Source: Candidatus Bathyarchaeota archaeon
GTDB lineage: Archaea > Thermoproteota > Bathyarchaeia > Bathyarchaeales > Bathycorpusculaceae
NCBI GenBank assembly: GCA_963767735.1
Contig: CAVYES010000010.1
Span: forward strand, 15,581-79,580
Direction of reading: 5' to 3'
Length of the DNA stretch: 64,000 bases
Shown: positions 52,298 to 61,838 of the stretch, in pieces
How positions within the stretch are numbered: the stretch's first letter is position 1
How the letters are laid out: each line of letters opens with the position of its first letter
Position numbers and translations under genes: made by a program
Notes under the pieces: generated by a model
What the model was told of the DNA's origin: nothing
The model's input: the letters and a program-made list of their open reading frames with translations, nothing else
Databases searched by the model: none

Positions 52298-53506
52298 TTG
52301 CAAACATTACGAATTGTTTTAGTTTTAATCACCATTGGATGTATTGTTGGACCTATCGGAACCGTCGCGTTAATTTACCATAATAATTTGAGCCAGATGG
52401 TTGTTCCACCTCAACTTAAACAGTTATTGAGCAGCAACAACAACTCCAATAATAATGGAAATAATAACAATAACAATAACGGAAATAACAACAATAATAA
52501 CAATAATGCTAACCAAAATAACAACAATAACAACCCTAACAATAACAATAACCCAAATAACAACGGAAATACCGGCGGCAATTCAGGAAACGTGAATAAC
52601 AATAATTCGCCGATATCCAACCCAACAAACAGTTTTGGAGGCTCAGGGCAATTCGACGTTTCCGTTCCAAGCAATGGAGGCCCAGTTTCAGGTGGAATGA
52701 CGGCAAACGTCGGCTGCTTGGTTTCGCAAAGTGGAAGCAACATTCAAGTGAGTTTAGACTTGACACCTACAGACGTCCCCAACAGTCTTCAATCGACATT
52801 TAGTTTTAACAATGATTATGTCTTTAACTTTGATGGGACAACCTCCAGCACAGGTTCTGGTACACAGATTAGTGCAAACGCTCAAGGCAGTCTTAGCTCC
52901 GGCAGCACATTTAACTTGAATCTTAGCGGGACAATTGACCAAAACCAGGACACGTTCACATTCTCGATTTCATCGGATCAAAACTCTCAAGTAAGCATCT
53001 CTACGCCTCAGCAGATAAGCCTCTCCGTCAGTAACAGCGGCAACAACAATAACAACAGCACCAATAACGGGAACAATAACAACGGCAGTAATGGAAACAA
53101 CTCAACCAACAACAATAACAATAACTCAGGCGGAGTAAATCCCGTTTACCAGAGCGGACAAATTAACACTGCCCAAAAAACGATAACGTTGACTTTCTCA
53201 ATAAATAACGGTTTAAGCTCCAGCACGACAATAAACTCAATGAGTGGAACCGTAGAAATAACCGCCGATCAATACACCTTGGGAACCGTCAGCTCCAGCA
53301 GTCCCGTCACAATTCCTTCAGGACAAACTAGCACAGTCACAGTTTCAGGCACCTTGACCCAGAGCGGCCTAAATTACTTAAACGCCCACTACAAAAACGT
53401 CTCTACATTAGACGTCTCAGTTCTAAATGGCCAAATGACTGAAGACGGCGTAACAAATCAAGGAACACAAACCCAAGATATAGGTAACATAGCAGTGACA
53501 TGGTGA
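52298..53506 (+). CDS. membrane-anchored Asn-rich hypothetical protein
   Basis: N-terminal TM followed by poly-Asn tracts and beta-rich domains. Confidence 0.7.
   Translation: MQTLRIVLVLITIGCIVGPIGTVALIYHNNLSQMVVPPQLKQLLSSNNNSNNNGNNNNNNNGNNNNNNNNANQNNNNNNPNNNNNPNNNGNTGGNSGNVNNNNSPISNPTNSFGGSGQFDVSVPSNGGPVSGGMTANVGCLVSQSGSNIQVSLDLTPTDVPNSLQSTFSFNNDYVFNFDGTTSSTGSGTQISANAQGSLSSGSTFNLNLSGTIDQNQDTFTFSISSDQNSQVSISTPQQISLSVSNSGNNNNNSTNNGNNNNGSNGNNSTNNNNNNSGGVNPVYQSGQINTAQKTITLTFSINNGLSSSTTINSMSGTVEITADQYTLGTVSSSSPVTIPSGQTSTVTVSGTLTQSGLNYLNAHYKNVSTLDVSVLNGQMTEDGVTNQGTQTQDIGNIAVTW
52436..52607 (+). repeat. (AAY)n low-complexity coding repeat
   Basis: Mixed AAC/AAT codons; a second tract lies at about 53032-53125. 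Confidence 0.9.
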
Positions 53507-54099
53507 TTATGATGCAAAAAATTAATTTTATAGCCTTAGCAGCTGGAATTTCAAGTTTGCTTTTGATTGCTATCTCGTACTTTGTCCCATGGTGGCAATT
53601 CAAAGCGGGCAGCCCAGCGAACTTTCAAATTAATTTCTCACCGGTTAATGTCAATTTTACCCATTCTGGAGCTTCAATCGCCATACCCCTAGTTTTAGCG
53701 TTGAATATAGCATGCCTACTGACACTTTTGGCAGGCGGCATCACACTTACCATCTACGCATTAAAGCCAACAAAATCGTACTCAAAGCAGCTGCTCGGTT
53801 TCGGATACACAAAACCAATTTTCGCGCTGGTGGCTTTCATTGCAATACTGATTGCTGCGCCCATCATAATACAAGCTTTCATTGGAGTAAGCGTGCCCAT
53901 TAACGGTTCAGCTATCATAAGCCCTAAAGGCTCAAGCCAAAGCGCCAGCGCCTCAGCCGTGTTAAACTGGCCCTTCTACTTCGCCATCGTAGTTACTGGA
54001 CTAAGCATTGCAGGCAGGTTCTATCACCGAAGAATAAATAAACCAACACTTGTAACTCCAACGCCAACAATTGTAACCCCAACGCCTTCTCCACAATAA
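53500..54099 (+). CDS. hypothetical membrane protein
   Basis: Four TM helices, PWW motif; overlaps upstream gene. Confidence 0.7.
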   Translation: MVIMMQKINFIALAAGISSLLLIAISYFVPWWQFKAGSPANFQINFSPVNVNFTHSGASIAIPLVLALNIACLLTLLAGGITLTIYALKPTKSYSKQLLGFGYTKPIFALVAFIAILIAAPIIIQAFIGVSVPINGSAIISPKGSSQSASASAVLNWPFYFAIVVTGLSIAGRFYHRRINKPTLVTPTPTIVTPTPSPQ

Positions 54100-54159
54100 C
54101 TAGACGGAACTACGCAACCAAGCAAAAATCCTATTAATCTCCTAAAAGAACTGCTGGTT

Positions 54160-54381
54160 TCAACGGTTCCTGTCCTCTCTAATCATCCTTACTTCTTCTT
54201 CAGTTGTAGTTTTTATGGGATTCTTTGCTTGCAAATCCGCTAGTTTTCGGAGCAACTCGTCAGATTTCTTGGTGTTTAGATAAAGCTTCATAGCTTCCCT
54301 TAAAGTGTCTGAGAGCTTACCCTATTTCTGAAGCTGGCGCTTTTCTTCGTCGGAGATTCGGATGCAAACCGTTTTAGTCAT
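54160..54381 (-). pseudogene. RHH VapB-type antitoxin with frameshift, toxin missing
   Basis: MTKTVCIRISDEEKRQLQK / GKLSDTLREAMKLYL...VRMIREDRNR*; overlapping TTG ORF stops after 9 codons. Confidence 0.55.
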
Positions 54382-54432
54382 ACATTTTGTAAAACGCATT
54401 GTCTGATTTAAGAGTTTTACAATTTTTAGGAT

Positions 54433-54510
54433 TGGCGGGCCCGACGGGAATTGAACCCGCGACCTACGGATTAAGAGTCCGCCGCTCTAGCCTGACTGAG
54501 CCACGGGCCC
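54433..54510 (-). tRNA. tRNA-Lys (anticodon CTT), intronless, CCA encoded
   Basis: GGGCCCG acceptor stem, anticodon arm GCGGA-CTCTTAA-TCCGT, GGTTCAATTCC T-loop, 3' GCCA. Confidence 0.95.
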
Positions 54511-54632
54511 GCATGGCTTGCTTTTGAAAAAGGTTTCACTGGATAATATAGAGCTTACGGTTTGTTGTTGCAGCGTGATGCAATGAAAAACTAATAACAT
54601 ACCAGCCCTTATCTTTTAATGGAGCAGTTTTT

Positions 54633-55559
54633 ATGGCAAACGTTTCAGGCGAAGTTTTCATTCTAAAAACTACAAATAGAACGAAAGGGGTTCCTGCATT
54701 GCTCAACAAGTTGGGCTTAGGTGATTATTCGGGGAAGCAGGTGGCTTTGAAAGCTAATTATAACAGTGCCGACCCGTTTCCAGCATCAACCCACCTTGAC
54801 ACTTTAAGAGGCATCGTTGAAAACTTAAAAGGGGCAGGTGCAAGCGGCATAACATTGGCTGAACGCAGCGGCATGGGTGACACCAAGCAGGTTCTCGAGC
54901 AAATGGGTGTTTTTAATCTGTCAAAGGAGCTGGGATTTAAGGCTGTTGTCTTAAATGACGTGGGCAAAGAAGACTGGCTTAAAGTTGAACGAGGAGGCAC
55001 CCATTGGGCAAGAGGGTTCTACCTGGCAAAAGTATTTCATGACGCAGACAAAGTCGTGCAGACCTGCTGCCTGAAAACGCATCGGTTCGGCGGTCACTTT
55101 ACGCTTTCGCTCAAAAATTCCGTGGGTTTAGTAGCGAAGAAGGTTCCTGGGGGAATATACGATTACATGTGGGAGCTGCATACTTCACCACATCAGAGGC
55201 AGATGATAGCGGAAATAAACAGCCACTACAACTTGGACTTTGTTTTGATGGATGGAATAAAAGCGTTCACTACAGGCGGCCCAGACAAGGGCACGTTGGT
55301 TGAGCCGAACCTTTTGCTTGCAAGCCGCGACCGGGTAGCCATTGACGCAGTGGGAGTGGCGATTCTAAAAATGTATGGCGCTAAAGGCAAAGTTGGCGAA
55401 GCAGACATATTTATGCAAGACCAACTCAAACGGGCGGCAGAGCTGGGGTTCGGAGTGAAGTCAGCCGCTGAAATACAGTTGACGCCTTTGAATGATGAAA
55501 GCAAAGTTGAAACAGAGCGAATCGAGCGGGTTCTTAAAGCGCAGGTAGCTATCCATTAA
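54633..55559 (+). CDS. DUF362 family protein
   Basis: VALKANYN, LKTH.FG...LKN, D.VA.D motifs. Confidence 0.85.
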   Translation: MANVSGEVFILKTTNRTKGVPALLNKLGLGDYSGKQVALKANYNSADPFPASTHLDTLRGIVENLKGAGASGITLAERSGMGDTKQVLEQMGVFNLSKELGFKAVVLNDVGKEDWLKVERGGTHWARGFYLAKVFHDADKVVQTCCLKTHRFGGHFTLSLKNSVGLVAKKVPGGIYDYMWELHTSPHQRQMIAEINSHYNLDFVLMDGIKAFTTGGPDKGTLVEPNLLLASRDRVAIDAVGVAILKMYGAKGKVGEADIFMQDQLKRAAELGFGVKSAAEIQLTPLNDESKVETERIERVLKAQVAIH

Positions 55560-56220
55560 GGCACATAAGTATGTCGGGTTTGTCGCTGGCTATGCCGTCC
55601 ACGCCTTTCTTAGCGTACACCTCAACTTCGTCTGGAGTGTTTATAGTCCAAACCACCACTTTTAAACCGTTTTCATGGGCTTTCTGGACGTTAGCGGTAT
55701 GCGTGAATCTGTAAAGAGCAAAAAGATAGTTCGCCTTCAATTCTAGCGCTGCTTTAATTGGGTTCTTGTGCTTAGCATAAATCAACCCTGTCTCTATGTC
55801 CTTGTCTGATTCCCTAACTTTCTTTAGCGCCTCTTCAAGGAAAGAAATGATAACAACATTCTTCTCTAAGCCTTTCGCATGCACTATCGAAAGCGTTTGC
55901 TCTTCAATGCCAGTTTCCTTAAGCTCGATGAACACTTTCACTTTCTTATCCAAAAAATCCAGCGTTTCATCCAAAGTCGGAATTTTCTCGCCGTCAGCGG
56001 AAAAACTTTTGATCTCTTTAAGCGTAAGCTCACTTACCAAGCCTTCGCTGTTGGTTGTCCGCTTAACATCCGCGTCATGAATAACGACGAGTTGGTTATC
56101 TTTGGTTTTTCTAACATCCAACTCAACTGCGTCCACACCGATTTCCATTGCCTTCTTAAAACTCGCCAACGTATTCTCAGGCGCATAAGCCCTCGCGCCC
56201 CTATGACCAATACGCAACAT
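55549..56220 (-). CDS. glycerophosphodiester phosphodiesterase
   Basis: IGHRGA...PENT, ELDV, IHD, WTIN, GVDGIASDKP. Confidence 0.93.
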   Translation of the reverse strand: MLRIGHRGARAYAPENTLASFKKAMEIGVDAVELDVRKTKDNQLVVIHDADVKRTTNSEGLVSELTLKEIKSFSADGEKIPTLDETLDFLDKKVKVFIELKETGIEEQTLSIVHAKGLEKNVVIISFLEEALKKVRESDKDIETGLIYAKHKNPIKAALELKANYLFALYRFTHTANVQKAHENGLKVVVWTINTPDEVEVYAKKGVDGIASDKPDILMCLNG

Positions 56221-56336
56221 AATAAATTGATTCCTCAAGAGAGAATAATACTTTTTGCAAGTTTCATTTTTACATATGGCGCTTTAGTCTTTGGTGTCGG
56301 GTTGTCCTAAAAACACGTTATTTTTTGTTCGCACAC

Positions 56337-57458
56337 CTACTCTGTTGTCTTCTTAGAATCAGAGGTGGTTCGAGTCGATTTTTCTAATGCCAATGCAACC
56401 TTACAAAAGGTCACTGCCACCATTGCTAGGACCACTAAAATGAGCGCTTGGTTGCTGAACTCTGGTACAGTTGGGCTTGAGGATACAGACGTGCCGGAGA
56501 CATCCGATATAACAGAGACCGTGCCATCGTTAGTGTTGGCTACAAATATCTCGCCTTTGCTGGAGTCATAAGCCACACCATGCGGAAGGCTTCCCACGGT
56601 GACGTTTGCAACCACGGTATTACTGCTATCCGATATTACCGAAACGGAGTTGGAACCCGCAATGGCAACGAATATCTCGCCCTTGCCAGAATCATAAGCT
56701 ATAGCCGAGGGACTGTACCCGACGGGCAAGGTGGCAACCACGGTATCGTTGCTATCCGATATGACAGAGACAGAGTTAGAATCGTAATTGGCAACAAAGA
56801 TCTCGCCCCTGATGGAATCAGAAACTATAGCTGAGGGAGCTTATCCAACAGAGATGTTTGCAACCACCATATTGCTCCTGTCCGATATCACTGAGACAGA
56901 GTTATTCGATGCTACGAAGATCTCGCCCTTGCCAGAATCATAAGCTTCACCACCAAACTGACTGGCGCCAACTGCGATGTTCGCAACTACGGTATCACTG
57001 ATATCCGATATCACGGATACTGTATTGTCGAATGTATTTGCCACGAAGATTTCTCCTTTACCGGAATCATAAACTATGCCAAACGGACCTTGACCCACGG
57101 GAACGTTCTTAACAACGGTGTTAGTGCTGTCCGATATAACAGAAACCATGCCGGAATGCGTGTTCGCTACGAAGATCTCGCCTGTGCCCGAATCGTAAGC
57201 TACGCCTTCAGGAATGTTCCCCACGGTAACGTTCGCAACTAATGTATTATTATTAATTGATATAGAAGAGACTGTGTTTGTAGCCAAATTGGTTACGAAG
57301 ATCTCGTTTCTGCCAGCGTCGAATGTTACAGCTTCGGGAGCGCCTCCTACTGTTATCGTGCCGATTATTCCAACGGCGTGTGCTGCGTTCGATACTGATA
57401 GGGCCAGAATTATAGTGAATAGAACTGAGATAGAGAAGATTTTCTTCAGTTTCTTCAT
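56337..57458 (-). pseudogene. YVTN/YncE beta-propeller surface protein with PEF-type C-terminal anchor, interrupted by in-frame TAA at 56841-56843
   Basis: Repeats VG..P.GVAYDSGKGEIFVAN...VSVISD continue in the same frame across the stop; VPEFS plus TM tail. Confidence 0.8.
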
Positions 57459-57509
57459 AAACTATTTCTCCCGCCTCATCTTATACGCATTTTCAATAAT
57501 TTCGCATGG

Positions 57510-58376
57510 TTAATGGCGCTGATTCTGGTTATCTAAGATGATTTTATTTGCTGTTGTGTCAAGTGTTTTTAGCATGCTACCTGATTGGTAGCCTTCCAAA
57601 TCAACCGTCACATACTTGAATCCTAACTTTTTCAAAGCTTCAGCCACCCTGTCCAAAACATCGACGCTACAAAAGAGCGCTCTTTCGGCTTTTCCCACTT
57701 CTATTCTTGCCAGCCCGTTGTGGTCTCTGACTCGGATTTGCTTAACCCCGGTTATCTCCTTTACGGCTTGCTCTGCCTTGTCAATTCTGCTCAGCTTCTC
57801 GGCGGTAATTTTCTCGTTAAATGGTATCCTTGAAGCTAAACATGCTAATGCGGGCTTGTCATGAACGCTGAGCCCCATCGTTTTGGCTGATTGGCGAATC
57901 TCATCTTTGCTAAACTTGTTAATCATCCAGGGGCTGTAAACGTTTTTTGCTTCTTGGACAGCTTTGAATCCTGGTCTGTGATCGTTTAAATCAGTGAAGT
58001 TTGTGCCTTCAAAAACCGCTTTGAACCCGAGTTCCTGCGCGAAGTCAATGAGGGATTGAAGTAGTTCTTTTTTGCAGTAGTAGCAGCGGTTTTCTGGGTT
58101 TTTGCTGAAATTCTCGTTGGATAACTCGTTAGTTTCAATCACGTAGAGTTTGATGCCTATGTTCTTGGCTATTTTTTTGGCATCTTTCAGCTCTTCAGAC
58201 GTGTATGTTGGCGACTTCGCTATGACAGCCACAGCCTTCTCGCCTAAAACCCCACGGCTTACAGCGGCTAATGTTGAGCTGTCTACGCCTCCAGAAAAAG
58301 CGATAACCACGCCATCCTTTCCCTTTTCCCTAATGAAAGCTTTGAGTCCTTCAAGTTTACAAGGTAAATCTTCCAT
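57510..58376 (-). CDS. larE: ATP-dependent sulfur transferase LarE
   Basis: AFSGGVDS PP-loop, RCYYCK, RPG, ACLASRIP. Confidence 0.92.
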   Translation of the reverse strand: MEDLPCKLEGLKAFIREKGKDGVVIAFSGGVDSSTLAAVSRGVLGEKAVAVIAKSPTYTSEELKDAKKIAKNIGIKLYVIETNELSNENFSKNPENRCYYCKKELLQSLIDFAQELGFKAVFEGTNFTDLNDHRPGFKAVQEAKNVYSPWMINKFSKDEIRQSAKTMGLSVHDKPALACLASRIPFNEKITAEKLSRIDKAEQAVKEITGVKQIRVRDHNGLARIEVGKAERALFCSVDVLDRVAEALKKLGFKYVTVDLEGYQSGSMLKTLDTTANKIILDNQNQRH

Positions 58377-58382
58377 GCAAAA

Positions 58383-59636
58383 TCACGCCGTTTGGCTAAA
58401 AACTTCTTTTGCCCTCGAAATTACAAGCTCCCAAAGCTCCCTAAGAGGCTTATTAGTTTTTTCCGCCAATCTTTTAAGGTCGTCATATTCGGGTTTTATG
58501 CGGATGATTTGTCCATTGCTGTTTTTTGAAACTTTTACTTTTACTGGTTCTTTAACGCCGCCGATCAGCAAATCAACAGAACATGATTCGCGGGCGACTA
58601 TGTGTCTTTCACACAGGTAAACTCTGACTCCTAACGTGCCTGTTTCATTAATCAGTACGTCTGAGAGGTGTTGGGTGTCTTTTTGGTCAGCGATTACCTT
58701 GATAATTTGGCCAGGTCTATTCTTTTTAGTGTGCATCGGGATGATGCTTACGTCTTTAGCTCCTTCAGCAAGAAGCCGATCAACGGTGTGCCCCACAATT
58801 TCCCCTGACACATCATCAACATTAGTTTCCAACACGGCAATCTGATCCTTCATCAAGCGGTTTTCCACGGGTTTCCCCACGGTTATTCGAAGAACGTTTG
58901 GTATTTCAGAAAACTCTTTGCCGCCTGCACCATAACCGACCTTCACAGGAGCCATCTCAGGATAAAACCTGCTAACTTCGTCCGCTAAATTAACTATTAT
59001 TGCCGCTCCCGTGGGAGTAGCCAATTCGGACTCAACTGGCCCCCCTTTAATGGGAAACTTTTTTGATTGAAAAATAGCCAGCGCCGCCGGAGATGGACTT
59101 GAAACTGTGCCGTGTGAGAACTGGAATAATCCTCCGCCAACGGAGACCGGTGACGCAACGATTTTAGCGTTAAAGAAGCCGAGGTCTTCCATGGCAACTG
59201 CGGAACCGATGATTTCAGCGGCTGTATCAACCAAGCCGACCTCATGCAGGTGTGCATCAGCTAAATGGTGCCCGTGAAGTTTCGCTTCTGCTTCAACCAG
59301 TGTGTGGATGACGTTTGAAGCGTACTGTTTTGCTTTGGCTGAGAGCTTGAGGTTTTCTGCTGTTTTTTCAACGATTTCGATTAGTTGTTTGCCGTCTTTT
59401 CTGGTTTTTCCTTCTGCTGTAACGTCTACTTCGGTGGCTCTGAACTCTTTTCGCATAACATGTTTGATATCAACCACCACGTTCTTGTAGCCGTATTCGG
59501 AGTTCTCCAGGCTTTTTATGGCTGAAGTGACCTTGTTTACGTCTGCTCCAAGATCCAGTAATGCGCCAAGAATCATGTCTCCAGAAACGCCGGCGACTTG
59601 ACAATCAATCATAACTATTATGGAAAATTCAGTCAT
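58383..59636 (-). CDS. larC: nickel pincer cofactor nickel insertase LarC
   Basis: GVSGDM, HLHEVG, ELATPTG, ETNVDD, KKNRPG, KPEYDD. Confidence 0.93.
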   Translation of the reverse strand: MTEFSIIVMIDCQVAGVSGDMILGALLDLGADVNKVTSAIKSLENSEYGYKNVVVDIKHVMRKEFRATEVDVTAEGKTRKDGKQLIEIVEKTAENLKLSAKAKQYASNVIHTLVEAEAKLHGHHLADAHLHEVGLVDTAAEIIGSAVAMEDLGFFNAKIVASPVSVGGGLFQFSHGTVSSPSPAALAIFQSKKFPIKGGPVESELATPTGAAIIVNLADEVSRFYPEMAPVKVGYGAGGKEFSEIPNVLRITVGKPVENRLMKDQIAVLETNVDDVSGEIVGHTVDRLLAEGAKDVSIIPMHTKKNRPGQIIKVIADQKDTQHLSDVLINETGTLGVRVYLCERHIVARESCSVDLLIGGVKEPVKVKVSKNSNGQIIRIKPEYDDLKRLAEKTNKPLRELWELVISRAKEVFSQTA

Positions 59637-59713
59637 TCCGTTTCGACCGCTTGCCAATATTAAAAAGCAAAAACGATATATTGCTTGTGGTTCTTGAGGA
59701 AGTGACCGAAAGC

Positions 59714-60496
59714 ATGTCCACCTTGAAAGAGATTTTGGAAAAAACCGCTAAAAACGAGTTAACAGTTGAGGAAGCAGAAAAACTGCTGCGGCTTCTCGCT
59801 ATTGCAGAACTAGAAGGCATAGCAAAAATCGACGCTAATAGAGAACACAGAAAAGGCATACCTGAAATAATTTTAGCCGAAAACAAAACAACAAAAGACA
59901 CGGTTGAAATAACCCTGCGAATGCTTAGCGAAAACGGCAGAGTAATCGTTAGCCGATGCAGTCCAGAACAAATGCTAGCCCTCAGCCACGCGTTGCCGAA
60001 CGATGCAACTTGCCAAATTAATGAGAAAGCAAGAATGGTCATCATGAAAAAGAAAAATCATGCCGTTAAAAGCACGGGTGGAAAGATTGGGCTTTTAACC
60101 GCGGGCACTTCTGACATTCCAGTGGCTGAAGAGGCAAAAGTTGTTGCTGAAGAAATGGGCTGCCAAGTTTATACGTCGTATGATTTGGGTGTGGCTGGAA
60201 TTCACAGGATTCTTCAACCCCTAAAAGACTTAGTCATAAAGGACGTGGACGTCATCATTGTGGTTGCAGGCAGGGAAGGCGCCTTGTCTTCGGTGGTTGC
60301 TGGCATGGTTAATGTTCCAGTGATTGCTGTTCCAACCTCTAACAGTTACGGGTTTGGCGAAAAAGGAGTAAGCACGCTGATGGCTATGCTTCAGTCATGT
60401 TCACTGGGTTTGGCAGTTGTAAACATCGACGCTGGAGTCGCCGCGGGCGCTATGGCCACGTTAATTGCGAATCGCGCCGCCAAATTTAGACGCTAA
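59714..60496 (+). CDS. larB: nickel pincer cofactor biosynthesis protein LarB
   Basis: TAGTSDIPVAEEA, DLGVAGIHR, AGREGAL, PTS..YG, SCS.G..VVNID. Confidence 0.93.
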   Translation: MSTLKEILEKTAKNELTVEEAEKLLRLLAIAELEGIAKIDANREHRKGIPEIILAENKTTKDTVEITLRMLSENGRVIVSRCSPEQMLALSHALPNDATCQINEKARMVIMKKKNHAVKSTGGKIGLLTAGTSDIPVAEEAKVVAEEMGCQVYTSYDLGVAGIHRILQPLKDLVIKDVDVIIVVAGREGALSSVVAGMVNVPVIAVPTSNSYGFGEKGVSTLMAMLQSCSLGLAVVNIDAGVAAGAMATLIANRAAKFRR

Positions 60497-60602
60497 AAAG
60501 CTTCAGTTTTCAATGTAACTTCTATCTGCAGGTCTATTTTGAGATTTCAGTAGAATGCTTATATAGTTTTACGGCTCACTCAAAAGAGGGGCGCATTTAA
60601 CA

Positions 60603-61064
60603 ATGACTTTTCAGGACAAAATCTTTTTGGATCCGATTGGTCGCGTAAAAACCGACTCAGTCGGCGACGAGGTTAAAGATAAATCCAGAATCTCGCAGAT
60701 TATCCTTCGCGACGAGTTGGTTGAAGCGTTGGAAGGTGTGGATGGCTTTTCGCATTTGTTTGTGCTTTTTTGGCTCAGCCAAGTTTCCAGTCAACAGCGA
60801 AAGATGTTGAAGGTTCATCCTAGAGGCAGAATGGATATGCCTTTGGTTGGAGTTTTCGCTTCCAGAACAAACCTTCGACCAAACCCAATTGGATTAACCT
60901 TGGTAGAGCTGCTAAAGGTTGATGGCAAAACTTTGACTGTTCGCGGTCTTGACGCTTTCGACGGCACCCCAATCTTGGATATTAAACCCTTCGATTCATG
61001 GGACACCGCGGAAAAAGCCAGAGTCCCAGATTGGTGGCTTAAGTTAAACGAGAAAAAGACTTAA
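60603..61064 (+). CDS. tsaA: tRNA (m6t6A37) methyltransferase TrmO
   Basis: PIG...GVFASR..RPNPIGLT...GLDAFDGTPILDIKP. Confidence 0.9.
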   Translation: MTFQDKIFLDPIGRVKTDSVGDEVKDKSRISQIILRDELVEALEGVDGFSHLFVLFWLSQVSSQQRKMLKVHPRGRMDMPLVGVFASRTNLRPNPIGLTLVELLKVDGKTLTVRGLDAFDGTPILDIKPFDSWDTAEKARVPDWWLKLNEKKT

Positions 61065-61071
61065 GTTTACA

Positions 61072-61572
61072 TCACATCAGTTCTTTGATACCGTATTTTG
61101 CATCAAGCACCCTTAAGAGTTCTGCCCTGAGCGCTTCACCCTTCAACGAGGCGGCTTTAAGGCTCCCGATTTGTTCGGCAAGCTCCAGCTCTTTGCAGGC
61201 TTGTTTTAGCCAGTTTTCAAAGTCGCCCCGGTAGAGGTGAAATTCAAGCGAAGCTGCGCTGACATGCTGAATAGCCTTGTAAAACTCCTGCAGCGTCTTA
61301 GCAGTAAAGTCCGCGGGCTGATCTACGCCAAAGTAAAAGTGAAAACTCATTTCTTCTCGTACAGCAACGAACGCTTTTAAGGCTGCTTTTCCTTTTTCAG
61401 TGACGCCATATCCTCGTTCGCTTCTTAGCAGGAAACCCTCTTTTGCCAGCTCTTGAATTTGCTGTATAGTTTCATTCGGGGTCAAATTCACAGCTTTAGC
61501 AAACATGTTAAGGTCCATGCGGCTTGTAGCTTCAATCATAGTTCTTAAAACTTTAATTTGTTCCTCTTTCAA
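61072..61572 (-). CDS. wHTH plus DUF5752-like domain protein
   Basis: N-terminal winged helix; F.F..G......A..L.EF...SLEFHLYRGDFENW. Confidence 0.65.
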   Translation of the reverse strand: MKEEQIKVLRTMIEATSRMDLNMFAKAVNLTPNETIQQIQELAKEGFLLRSERGYGVTEKGKAALKAFVAVREEMSFHFYFGVDQPADFTAKTLQEFYKAIQHVSAASLEFHLYRGDFENWLKQACKELELAEQIGSLKAASLKGEALRAELLRVLDAKYGIKELM

Positions 61573-61677
61573 ACGGCTCCCTCACCCTCTATTATTGTTA
61601 AAACGGTAATTTAAATGTCTCAAGCATCCGCTGCTGTCAAGCGTAAGAGTCTTATGCTTTGTTACTGAATTAATGTT

Positions 61678-61743
61678 TTGGATGATGAGCACTAGAGTCA
61701 CAGAGCTTGCGCAGTGATAATGACTCGACGGGCGAACTGACAC
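61678..61743 (+). ncRNA. box C/D methylation guide sRNA
   Basis: C box ATGATGA (61682-61688), D'-like CAGA, C'-like GTGATAA, D box CTGA (61737-61740); D guide CGACGGGCG complementary to conserved 16S CGCCCGUCG. Confidence 0.75.
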
Positions 61744-61838
61744 TTTCAAGCGGAAAACTTATCAGTAGAGCAGTTGTGGAAAAGTAAGTTGAATGCAATC
61801 TGCAGGCGCGCGCACGTGAATCGAGGTGAACATGAAAA

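Noticed and set aside
56480-57360. Regularly spaced DNA repeats as a CRISPR-like array
   Set aside because: They are degenerate coding repeats of the YVTN propeller; no cas genes or constant repeat-spacer structure.
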